Assembly: GCA_964557845.1 (NCBI GenBank)
Contig: CAZLBV010000240.1
Location: forward strand, 1-54,286
Length of the DNA stretch: 54,286 nucleotides
From: an uncultured Eubacteriales bacterium
GTDB taxonomy: Bacteria > Acidobacteriota > Aminicenantia > Aminicenantales > Aminicenantaceae
Reading direction: 5' to 3'
In this document: positions 9,128 through 17,924 of the stretch, in pieces
Layout of the letters: every line of letters begins with the position of its first letter
Numbering within the stretch: position 1 is the stretch's first letter
The notes under the pieces: model-generated
Told to the model about the DNA's origin: nothing
Seen by the model: the letters and a program-made list of their open reading frames with translations, nothing else
Database searches by the model: none
Program-made: the position numbers and the translations under genes

Positions 9128-10677
9128 TGTTCTTCCTGGAAAAAAGTAATTTCTTTTTTCATTGTTTGATAAATTCGGTCGATATTCTTGAATTGATTGT
9201 AATAACTGAAATTCAATCCGATTTTTTTTGCGATAGATAGAAGAATATCAAATTGGGAACGGCTTTCTCCCGGGCCTTCAAATACCGTGTCGAAATGCTG
9301 GATTATTCCATCAATGTTGACCCAAGAACCCTTTTTCTCAGCAGGATAAACAGAAGGCAGCGATATATCTACCATGCTGTCTAATTCACTTTTTCTTGGG
9401 CTGACCAAAAACTTGTTTTCAATCCTCCGTAAAAAATCATTCAGATCCGAGGATCCGATCTTATCAGCTAAAAATGAGTCGAATATCAAGAGCAGATCTA
9501 TTTTTTTAGCGGACAGGTCATCGAGCTTTAAGGGGTTCAAATCAAAACCAATTTCTTTGGCCCCCCTACGGTTAGGGGATCTCTCTGGGGTTAATAAGAT
9601 CTCATCAGATTCTGCGTCATTGGGATCAACAAAATAAATCTCATTGACCTTGAGATCTTCCTTGAATAATTTTTTTATTAAAAACAATTCTTCATTTGTA
9701 AGCCAGGAGCTCAAGATCAAAGCTATTCGGGAAGTCTTTTCTCTGTACAATAAACGTTTTATTTTTTCTGAGATAACATCTTCTGCCTTTTCCCATCCGT
9801 ATGAATGATCAAGATCCTGGGAAATAATTTCATCCGCCCGGTTACTATTTAAATAATCATAACCATAACGACCATGATCGCAGATCCAGTATCCATTGAT
9901 CTTATGGTTTTCTTCTGCTTGGATCCTGAGGACCTTTCTCGGAATTCTAAACCTGGGATTCTCGGGAAGATACTGAACAGAGATGCTGCATCCTCTTGAG
10001 CATAATGGGCAGATGGATACTCCCTTTTTTAAAAACCAGGTTCTGGATCTGAAGCGAAAGTCAGTATCGGTTATCGCCCCTACCGGACATAACTGGGCAA
10101 GGTTTCCGGAATAATTATTATCGATTGTCTGACCCTCTAAAATATTCACTTCTGTTTTATTTGATCGCTCAAATACACCCATCTCACCTGTTTTAGTTAC
10201 TTCACGCAGGAATCTGACACAACGCCGACAGAGTATACACCGCTCCTGATCATGCAGCAAATTTTTTCCTAGAGAAACTTTTTTGGCATGCCTTTCTTTT
10301 TCTTCTAGGTAATGGCCTTCAAACAGACCGTATTCTTCATAATAATCCTGAAGTTTACAATCGCCTGCTTGATCACAGATAGGACAGTCTAAAGGATGTT
10401 CAGTCAAGAGAAATTCCAGCACAGCTTTCCGCGCTTCCACTACTTTTTCACTCTTGGTGTAGACTTTCATTCCATCTCTGACCTGAGTCGAACATGCCAG
10501 CTCCAGTTTTGGCGCCCCTTCAATCTCAACCAGGCACATGCGGCAGGTTCCTTCAGGGGGAAATGCAGGATGATAGCAAAAATGAGGAATATGTATACCA
10601 ACTTTTTCGGCTGCTTTCAGAATAGTCTCCCCAGATGTGGATTCTACTGGTATATCATCGATAAAAAATTTTATCAT
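9124..10677 (-). CDS. nuoG: NADH-quinone oxidoreductase subunit G (short form)
   Basis: IPHFCYHP, CRMCLVE, HPLDCPICDQAGDC, CILCRRC, CPVGA, N7-type CPLCSRGC...C. Confidence 0.9.
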   Translation of the reverse strand: MIKFFIDDIPVESTSGETILKAAEKVGIHIPHFCYHPAFPPEGTCRMCLVEIEGAPKLELACSTQVRDGMKVYTKSEKVVEARKAVLEFLLTEHPLDCPICDQAGDCKLQDYYEEYGLFEGHYLEEKERHAKKVSLGKNLLHDQERCILCRRCVRFLREVTKTGEMGVFERSNKTEVNILEGQTIDNNYSGNLAQLCPVGAITDTDFRFRSRTWFLKKGVSICPLCSRGCSISVQYLPENPRFRIPRKVLRIQAEENHKINGYWICDHGRYGYDYLNSNRADEIISQDLDHSYGWEKAEDVISEKIKRLLYREKTSRIALILSSWLTNEELFLIKKLFKEDLKVNEIYFVDPNDAESDEILLTPERSPNRRGAKEIGFDLNPLKLDDLSAKKIDLLLIFDSFLADKIGSSDLNDFLRRIENKFLVSPRKSELDSMVDISLPSVYPAEKKGSWVNIDGIIQHFDTVFEGPGESRSQFDILLSIAKKIGLNFSYYNQFKNIDRIYQTMKKEITFFQEEQ

Positions 10678-10683
10678 CTTGCT

Positions 10684-11946
10684 TTACGACTCCTGCCTTC
10701 TGTTTTCTATATAGGCCTCAAACTCTTTTCTAAATTTCTTTACTATCGATAAAATGGGCATGGCCGCAGCGTCGCCCAATGGGCATAGCGTTTTTCCCAG
10801 CATATTGGAAGCAATCCTCCCGATCTCATCTATGTCTTCGTTCCTGCCTTCTCCTCTGGCAATCCGTTCAACTATCTTTTTGATCCAGGCATTCCCATGC
10901 CGGCAGGGAGTACACTGGCCGCATGATTCATGGGAATAAAAATTGGATATTATTCTAAGCACATCTACCATTGAAGTTTTCTCATCAATAACGATCACAC
11001 CCGCAGAGCCGAGCATAGAACCAGCTTCCATAAGTGAGTCAAAATCCATGTTTATATCGATCTCATCCTTGGTAAGGATGGGAGCTGACATTCCTCCCGG
11101 AATTACGGCTTTTAATTTTTTTCCGGCTTCGAGTCCTCCGGCATAATTAAAAATAATCTCTTTGAGATTGACACCCACCGGCAGTTCATACAGCCCTGGT
11201 TTTTTAACTGCGCCGCTCACTCCAAAGAGTCGAGTCCCGCCGTCTTTCAGTTTCCCCTGCTGACAGAACCAATCTGCACCATTTAAAATAATATGAGGAA
11301 CATTTGTCAGTGTTTCCACATTATTGATAACCGTAGGGCATTTAAAAAGTCCGATGGATGCCGGAAAAGGAGGCTTTAATCTTGGATTCCCCCTTTTCCC
11401 TTCGAGCGATTCTAATAGTGCTGTTTCTTCTCCGCAAATGTAAGCTCCAGCACCCCGATGTACATAAACATCGAGATCAAATCCGGTCTTTAAAATATTT
11501 TTGCCTAAATATCCGTGTTTATAAGCTTCTTGGATCGCATTTTCCAGGCGGACGGCAATATGTTCATATTCCCCCCGGATATAGATATAGGCGGTATTTA
11601 TCCCAACACAGAATGCGGTTATAATAATCCCTTCCAGGAGCGCATGAGGAGTATGGGATAGGATATACCGGTCTTTGATCGTCCCCGGCTCTCCTTCATC
11701 AGCATTTACACATAGATATTTAGGTTTCTCTACATCCTTAGGAACAAAACTCCATTTCATTCCTGCCGGGAAACCAGCTCCTCCCCTTCCCCTCAGACCA
11801 GCGGCTTTGACTTCAGTTAAAATTTCCTCCGGCGTCATTTTTGTCAAAGCCTTTTTAACGGCTTCATAGCCCCCCTTTTTTAGATATACCTCCAGTTTAT
11901 ATGCATTTTCCAGCCCGAAAAGTCTGCTTAATATTTTTTCTTTCAA
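10684..11946 (-). CDS. nuoF: NADH-quinone oxidoreductase subunit F
   Basis: GRGGAGF, NADEGEPGT, GAGAYICGEETAL, ESCGQCTPC, CPLGD. Confidence 0.95.
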   Translation of the reverse strand: MKEKILSRLFGLENAYKLEVYLKKGGYEAVKKALTKMTPEEILTEVKAAGLRGRGGAGFPAGMKWSFVPKDVEKPKYLCVNADEGEPGTIKDRYILSHTPHALLEGIIITAFCVGINTAYIYIRGEYEHIAVRLENAIQEAYKHGYLGKNILKTGFDLDVYVHRGAGAYICGEETALLESLEGKRGNPRLKPPFPASIGLFKCPTVINNVETLTNVPHIILNGADWFCQQGKLKDGGTRLFGVSGAVKKPGLYELPVGVNLKEIIFNYAGGLEAGKKLKAVIPGGMSAPILTKDEIDINMDFDSLMEAGSMLGSAGVIVIDEKTSMVDVLRIISNFYSHESCGQCTPCRHGNAWIKKIVERIARGEGRNEDIDEIGRIASNMLGKTLCPLGDAAAMPILSIVKKFRKEFEAYIENRRQES

Positions 11947-11950
11947 TTTC

Positions 11951-12424
11951 TTATTCTAATTCATCCAAGATCTTATCGATCTTTTTTTTATCCAAATGCC
12001 CATAATAATCAAAATTGATCATCATACAGGGAGCCATTTCACACGCACCCAAACACTGAACTGTCGACAAGGTGAATTTTTTGTCGGAAGTAGTCTGCCC
12101 TACTTTGATCCCCAGTTTCTTACTGAGATATTCGATCAAACTCTCCGCTCCCAATAAAGAACAGGTTAGATTAGAACAGATCTGGATATGATATTTGCCG
12201 ACAGGTTTCCGGTTAAACATGGTATAGAACGAAATCACTTCCTTTACCCTTACTTGAGTGATACCCAGCAGTTCAGCCACTCTTTTTTCTTCATTCTCGG
12301 AAATATAACCGAATTCCCGCTGGACCAGATGTAAAACCGGGAGCAAGGCTGCCGCATTATCAGGATAGGAAGATAGGACATCCTTTATTTTTTGTTCCAG
12401 TGCATCTGAAAAAGCAGCACTCAT
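11951..12424 (-). CDS. nuoE: NADH-quinone oxidoreductase subunit E
   Basis: SFYTMF, CSNLTC, CLGACEMAP 2Fe-2S motif. Confidence 0.93.
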   Translation of the reverse strand: MSAAFSDALEQKIKDVLSSYPDNAAALLPVLHLVQREFGYISENEEKRVAELLGITQVRVKEVISFYTMFNRKPVGKYHIQICSNLTCSLLGAESLIEYLSKKLGIKVGQTTSDKKFTLSTVQCLGACEMAPCMMINFDYYGHLDKKKIDKILDELE

Positions 12425-13752
12425 CTATCCAGTTCTCCTCCTATCATGTTTAAAGATCCAAAGGTAGGAATAACATCTGCTATCATATGCCCGATGATCA
12501 TTTCTTCTAAAGCAGAGACTATATGAAAACATGGAGCTCGGAGATGAAGCCGGTAAGGCCTGTCCGTACCATCAGAGACGATGTAGAAGCCAACCTCTCC
12601 GCTTCCTCCTTCCACAGAAAAATAGACCTCTCCTTTGGGAGGGCGTATACCATGATCTTTCATGAAAAATTTAAAATGATTGATTATACCTTCTATATTG
12701 GTATAGGTATCTTCCTTAGGTGGAACTATATATTTTTTTGTTTCGGTTAAAATCCCTGGATATTTATCCTTTTCCGATCCTTCCAGATTAGGAGAGAGCT
12801 TTATCCGCCTGGTTTCCCTTTGGCTGCGTGAGATCTCAATGGCTTCAGAAGGCGGTATTCCATCTAACTCAGACAGGATCGGCGCAGACGGCCCGGGAAT
12901 CTTATTCAGTGCCTGTTCGATTATCCGCAGGCTTTGCTCCATCTCACGCATCCGGACACTATAACGATCATAATTATCTCCCTTCTCGCCAAGGGGAACC
13001 TCAAAATCAAGCAAATCATAGACTAGATAGGGATGGGCTTTGCGCACATCATACATTACCCCGCTGGCACGAAGACAGGGTCCGGTAAATCCATAATTGA
13101 CTGCCATATCAGGACTCACGACTGCGACATCCCTGGTTCGATCGATCCATATCTTGTTTTTATCCAGAAGTCCGGAACAATCTTTTAATAATTTCCTGGT
13201 GGCTTCAATGGCTTTTTTAACCTGGTTATGAAATTCATGGTGCAGATCGGCTCTTACTCCACCAATTCGAATATATGAGGTTGTCATTCTGGCACCAGTG
13301 GTCTGTTCGATTACATTCCAAATTTCCTCTCTGGCCTGAATTAAATACAAAAAAACAGTGAAAGCTCCGCATTCCATTGTCATGGCTGCCAGGGCGGTCA
13401 AATGGTCGCTGATTCTGGATAACTCGCACATCATCACACGAATGTATTGGGCCCTTTCAGGTGATTCGATCTCCAGCATCTTCTCGAGCGTCATTACATA
13501 TCCAAGATTGTTAATGAGAGGAGAAACATAGTTGAGCCTGTCGGTGTAAGGGAGGAGATTGAAATAGGTTTTATTTTCACACGTTTTTTCAAAACCACGA
13601 TGTAAATAGCCTACCTCCAGCTCTGCATTGAGAATTTTTTCTCCATCCAATTCCAGCATGATCCTGATCGTCCCATGCATAGCAGGGTGAGAAGGCCCCA
13701 TGTTGATCAACATGGTGTCCTGCCGGGCTTCTTTTTGGATCCTAGTCTTCAT
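12421..13752 (-). CDS. nuoD: NADH-quinone oxidoreductase subunit D
   Basis: NMGPSHPAMHG, GYLHRGFEK, DRLNY, GELDR terminus; no Ni-binding CxxC pairs. Confidence 0.95.
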   Translation of the reverse strand: MKTRIQKEARQDTMLINMGPSHPAMHGTIRIMLELDGEKILNAELEVGYLHRGFEKTCENKTYFNLLPYTDRLNYVSPLINNLGYVMTLEKMLEIESPERAQYIRVMMCELSRISDHLTALAAMTMECGAFTVFLYLIQAREEIWNVIEQTTGARMTTSYIRIGGVRADLHHEFHNQVKKAIEATRKLLKDCSGLLDKNKIWIDRTRDVAVVSPDMAVNYGFTGPCLRASGVMYDVRKAHPYLVYDLLDFEVPLGEKGDNYDRYSVRMREMEQSLRIIEQALNKIPGPSAPILSELDGIPPSEAIEISRSQRETRRIKLSPNLEGSEKDKYPGILTETKKYIVPPKEDTYTNIEGIINHFKFFMKDHGIRPPKGEVYFSVEGGSGEVGFYIVSDGTDRPYRLHLRAPCFHIVSALEEMIIGHMIADVIPTFGSLNMIGGELDR

Positions 13753-14239
13753 CTCTTTTTCTCATCGGAATGATAGGCTGTTGTTTACGCAAGGGGTAAT
13801 CTTTGCGCAATGGGAATCCTTCAAATCCATCATACATAAGCAGTCTTCGCAAATCCGGATGCCCGGAAAAGGTAATCCCGAACATATCATAGATTTCTCT
13901 CTCCAGCCAATTAGCATTTTTCCAGAAAACAGTAAGGGATTTAATCTCGGGATCTTTCTCATGCAGACGTATTTTAATTCGGATCCTTTGATTGTGATCA
14001 AGTGAAAAAAGATGATAGACCATCTCAAAACGCTGATCCTCTCCTTTGAAATCCACACAGGTTAAATCCAGCAGCATAGAGTAAGAATAGGGTTCCTGTC
14101 TCAGGAATTTTACGATGTCATAAAGATCATCTCTTCCAATAATGATGATCTCATCGTTGAATTGGACAAAAGAATCTAGAATTTTACCGGGAAATTTTTC
14201 CTCTAGGATCTGAATTATTTTTTTGACTTCCATCGCCAA
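13742..14239 (-). CDS. nuoC: NADH-quinone oxidoreductase subunit C
   Basis: ANWLEREIYDMFGITFSGHPDLRRLL, PLRKDYPL. Confidence 0.93.
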   Translation of the reverse strand: MAMEVKKIIQILEEKFPGKILDSFVQFNDEIIIIGRDDLYDIVKFLRQEPYSYSMLLDLTCVDFKGEDQRFEMVYHLFSLDHNQRIRIKIRLHEKDPEIKSLTVFWKNANWLEREIYDMFGITFSGHPDLRRLLMYDGFEGFPLRKDYPLRKQQPIIPMRKRDED

Positions 14240-14727
14240 TCATGCTTTTGATTTTGAATTTTATCCTGTAATTTCTCCAGGGCATTCAGAATAGTCTCCG
14301 GCCGGGGAGGACATCCCGGGATATAGACATCTACCGGGATGATCTTATCAATTCCCTGGACAACCGCATAATTATCATAAATGCCTCCGCTCAAGGTACA
14401 AGCCCCGCAGGCAATGACCCATTTTGGTTCACAGAGTTGATCATAAACCGTTTTAAGGACAGGAGCTTCCTTATGCGAGATCGTTCCCACCACAAACAGC
14501 ATGTCCGCCTGGCGAGGTGAAAAGGTTGTCATCCCGACACCAAAACGATCAAAATCCCAATGAGCACAAGCAGCGGACATATACTCCATACCGCAACATG
14601 CAGTGATAAAAGGATAATGAAACAGAGAATACTTCCTCCCCCATCCCAACATATAGTTTAATTTGGTAGCGAACCAATTACCCTTATATTTATGAGGGTA
14701 ATAACTTCTATTTTTTATCCTTCCCAC
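14215..14727 (-). CDS. nuoB: NADH-quinone oxidoreductase subunit B
   Basis: TACCGMEY, SPRQAD, GAC, VDVYIPGCPPRPE; start probably the GTG at 14727 overlapping the nuoA end (ORF track starts at 14748). Confidence 0.93.
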   Translation of the reverse strand: MGRIKNRSYYPHKYKGNWFATKLNYMLGWGRKYSLFHYPFITACCGMEYMSAACAHWDFDRFGVGMTTFSPRQADMLFVVGTISHKEAPVLKTVYDQLCEPKWVIACGACTLSGGIYDNYAVVQGIDKIIPVDVYIPGCPPRPETILNALEKLQDKIQNQKHDWRWKSKK

Positions 14728-15077
14728 TTGAATGCCCCTTTTTTCCAAGCATAAACAAAACCTGCCGCCAGAATAAAAATATAGACAAACATCACTACCA
14801 TAACAGGACTGCCCATTTGTTTAAAAACCAGAGCCCACGGATAAAAGAATACCACTTCCACATCAAATAAAAGAAAAAGAAACGCTATTAGATAGTATTT
14901 TATAGGGACCGGATTAATCGTAGTCTGCAGGTAGGGGCTTCCGCATTCGAACGGCCTGTCCTTGACAGGATTGGATTTTTTGGGCCCTAAGATTTTGTTT
15001 ACGATGACCATAAATCCCCCTAGGGCACCAAAGATGAGAAAGACTAATGTTATTTCGATCATCGAATTTAAGGGCAT
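14715..15077 (-). CDS. nuoA: NADH-quinone oxidoreductase subunit A
   Basis: PFECG, FLLFDVE, YPW, WKKGAFKW; three TM helices. Confidence 0.93.
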   Translation of the reverse strand: MPLNSMIEITLVFLIFGALGGFMVIVNKILGPKKSNPVKDRPFECGSPYLQTTINPVPIKYYLIAFLFLLFDVEVVFFYPWALVFKQMGSPVMVVMFVYIFILAAGFVYAWKKGAFKWEG

Positions 15078-15241
15078 GATTTTATAAAAATAAATTCAAA
15101 GATGCAATCATTTTTTATGTTTTTTTTATTTAAACTTTCATGATCCAATCAATTAAAAACGTAAATTATCAAACAGGCCAGGAACACTATGATCAACAGG
15201 GCAAGACTGATATAAATTATGTTTTAACTATCAAATTCCAA

Positions 15242-15270
15242 TTGACAAAAGATTGATTTCAATAAATAAT
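15242..15270 (+). promoter_or_regulatory. sigma70-type promoter of the sulfatase-like pair, with a palindrome in the spacer
   Basis: TTGACA-17 nt-AATAAT; ATTGATTTCAAT at 15252-15263; ATG only 8 nt after the -10 box and no SD. Confidence 0.6.
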
Positions 15271-15278
15271 TTATCGTT

Positions 15279-17924
15279 ATGAAAATTAAAATTTTTAAGT
15301 TTAATTTACTTTTTTTATTGGCCATTTTGCTGCTGCTGTATCCCATAATTCAATGCCGCCAGTCAAATGATGGAAGATCGGTTTTAAAGAAAAACGGTTT
15401 ACTGAGATTAATAGATAACTTAGATGCCGATTCAGTAAAAACAACTCCTTTTAAGGACCTTTTACAGCAGTTTGAATCTATTGATGACGATCTCAATGGT
15501 AAGATCACTGAATTTCGCGAATTGTCGACCAGCAAACAAAGAGTCTTTGCCGCTACCACCAGTCACTCTATACTTGGGTATTCAGATACCGAAAAACCTC
15601 AGAAGATGGTCATTCTGATGAACGATACCCCCCTTGAATTCCTAAATGGAGGAGAAGAGGGTTTCATCCGCTGGAAATGGATCAAAACCAATCGTGATAT
15701 CGATTTTAGTTTTGACAAAAATTACAACAAACGTTTGCAGTATTTATTTCTTGAGGAGAATGAATCCTTTGAATTTGAGACTATTTTTCCTGACGCGCCG
15801 GTTGAGATCCAAATTCTGGCCCGGAGAAACTGGCATCCGATTGATCTTCAAGTTCTGCTGGATGGAGAAGTCATAGCAGAAAATCCGATCAGCAGAAATT
15901 CTCAACTTTTTAAGATTCCGGTTAACAGTTCCTGCGGAACCCATAAAATAAAATTACAAGCTGGAATATCTGAAAGGTTGAAGGTACAAACCAGGCCTAC
16001 CCCTCCTCGGCTTTTGATAAACCTCATCCGGGTCATGACAAAAAATGATGTCATTCTCTTTTTTGTGCCTGCTTCACTGCAAAAAGATCTGTTTGGGAGT
16101 AATTTAACGGCGGAGTATTTAACCGACTTGAGCGAATCCGGTGAAGAGAACCCTTCTTATAAATTGTATAAAATCAAGTACACCCATACTTTGGATGAAT
16201 ATGATCAAAAATACAATCCGGAAAATATCAAAAAAAAGATCAATTTAGAGAATCTATCCCTGGATGTTCTGATGGCTCCTCCTGAGACCAGTATGGAATT
16301 TCAATTTTCTTTACCAAAGAACTGCTATCTTGAATTTGATACCGGTATATATACTGAAAATGTATATGAAGGTCCATTTGCAGCGCGCTTTAAAATCATC
16401 CTGGAAGAGGGCAAAAACCAAAACACACTCTATGATAAAGAATTTGTTTTACAACCAGAAAGTCTTAAAGAACAGATGATTCATGCAAAGATCGATCTAA
16501 ATCAGTACGCAGATAAAAACATTAAGCTTACCTTTATCACTGAAAAATCTGAGCAAAGCTCTCCTGAAAACAATAATTTTGCTTTCTGGGCTAATCCTAT
16601 CCTGTACACACCAAAACCCGATAATATGAATATAATCTTGATCTCACTGGACACATTAAGAGCCGATCATCTTTCCTGCTACGGGTACCATAGGAATACA
16701 AGTCCTAATTTAGACGAGTTTACCAAAGATTGTGTTCTCTTTGAAAATGTTTTTGCTCATAGCTCCTGGACTTTACCATCTCATCTTTCCATGCTCTTTT
16801 CTTTAAATGGTGCCAGCCATCAAGTCTACCATAACACCCAAAAGATAGATAACTCGATTCCCTCCCTGGCCTCCTATTTAAGAGACAATGGTTATGTCAC
16901 CTATGGCTTCACAGGCGGAGGCTATGTGAGTTCCATATATGGTTTTGCCAAAGGTTTTGATTGGTATGATGAACCTGTCGGCGGACGGAACGCGCCCCTG
17001 GCAGATGATGAAGCCGAAAGGCTCTATGAATACACCTCAGATTGGATAAACAAAAATAAAGACAAGCAGTTTTTTCTTTTTCTCCACACCTTTCAGATCC
17101 ATGGTCCCTACCAATGTCCCGAACCTTGGATCGAAACCTATTTAGATGAAAACGCCAAATGGAAAGGCATCGGACTCCGTCTGCTTTTGGAAGAAAAAGG
17201 ACAAGATTTCCCATTCACCCCTGAAGAGAGAGAAAATATAAAAGCCCTCTATGACGGCGAGATCAAATACACCGATGAGACTCTGATCAAACCCTTGCTC
17301 GAATTTCTTAAAAAAAATAATCTGTATGATAATACATTATTGATCATCACTTCCGATCATGGTGAAGAGTTTTATGAACATGGAGGATGGCTCCATTCCA
17401 GAACTTTATATAATGAATTGATACGCGTTCCTCTTTTCATTAAATTTCCTTCATCGCAATACAAAGGAATGCAGATCAAACCTAACGCCCGTTTGATAGA
17501 CATTATGCCGACTATATTAGGAGCATGCTCGATCGATTATCCGGGAGACTCTTTGGAGGGAAAGAGTTTGATGGATCTAATAACCGGAAATGAAACAGAA
17601 GACAGGACATTTATAAGCGATCTGGCCTATAAAGACATCTATGATCCAAGTCCCTCGCTCATCGCTACTAACGAGGGCAATATCAAAGTGATCATTGAAA
17701 AGTCAAAAACCGGGATTAAAAGCATCGAGACTTATGACATAGAAAATGATCCGGGAGAACAATCCACAAGCGTTTTTAACAAGGCGGTAAAGGTCAGAAA
17801 TAGTATTCTAGATTTCATCGACAAATACTACCAAGAAAAACTTAAGGTCCAGCGCAAAAAAAGTCAGGTTCACCTCGATGAAAAAATGAAGGAAAAACTG
17901 AGAGCCCTTGGATACCTTCGTTAA
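15279..17924 (+). CDS. Exported sulfatase-like hydrolase/transferase with a large N-terminal extension
   Basis: N-terminal signal/TM; SLDTLRADH, WTLPSH active-site segment, YDGEI, SDHGEE, LRALGY terminus. Confidence 0.88.
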   Translation: MKIKIFKFNLLFLLAILLLLYPIIQCRQSNDGRSVLKKNGLLRLIDNLDADSVKTTPFKDLLQQFESIDDDLNGKITEFRELSTSKQRVFAATTSHSILGYSDTEKPQKMVILMNDTPLEFLNGGEEGFIRWKWIKTNRDIDFSFDKNYNKRLQYLFLEENESFEFETIFPDAPVEIQILARRNWHPIDLQVLLDGEVIAENPISRNSQLFKIPVNSSCGTHKIKLQAGISERLKVQTRPTPPRLLINLIRVMTKNDVILFFVPASLQKDLFGSNLTAEYLTDLSESGEENPSYKLYKIKYTHTLDEYDQKYNPENIKKKINLENLSLDVLMAPPETSMEFQFSLPKNCYLEFDTGIYTENVYEGPFAARFKIILEEGKNQNTLYDKEFVLQPESLKEQMIHAKIDLNQYADKNIKLTFITEKSEQSSPENNNFAFWANPILYTPKPDNMNIILISLDTLRADHLSCYGYHRNTSPNLDEFTKDCVLFENVFAHSSWTLPSHLSMLFSLNGASHQVYHNTQKIDNSIPSLASYLRDNGYVTYGFTGGGYVSSIYGFAKGFDWYDEPVGGRNAPLADDEAERLYEYTSDWINKNKDKQFFLFLHTFQIHGPYQCPEPWIETYLDENAKWKGIGLRLLLEEKGQDFPFTPEERENIKALYDGEIKYTDETLIKPLLEFLKKNNLYDNTLLIITSDHGEEFYEHGGWLHSRTLYNELIRVPLFIKFPSSQYKGMQIKPNARLIDIMPTILGACSIDYPGDSLEGKSLMDLITGNETEDRTFISDLAYKDIYDPSPSLIATNEGNIKVIIEKSKTGIKSIETYDIENDPGEQSTSVFNKAVKVRNSILDFIDKYYQEKLKVQRKKSQVHLDEKMKEKLRALGYLR

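Noticed and set aside
12421-14727. Group 4 [NiFe]-hydrogenase instead of complex I
   Set aside because: The large subunit lacks both Ni-binding CxxC motifs and keeps quinone-site His/Tyr; nuoEFG are present
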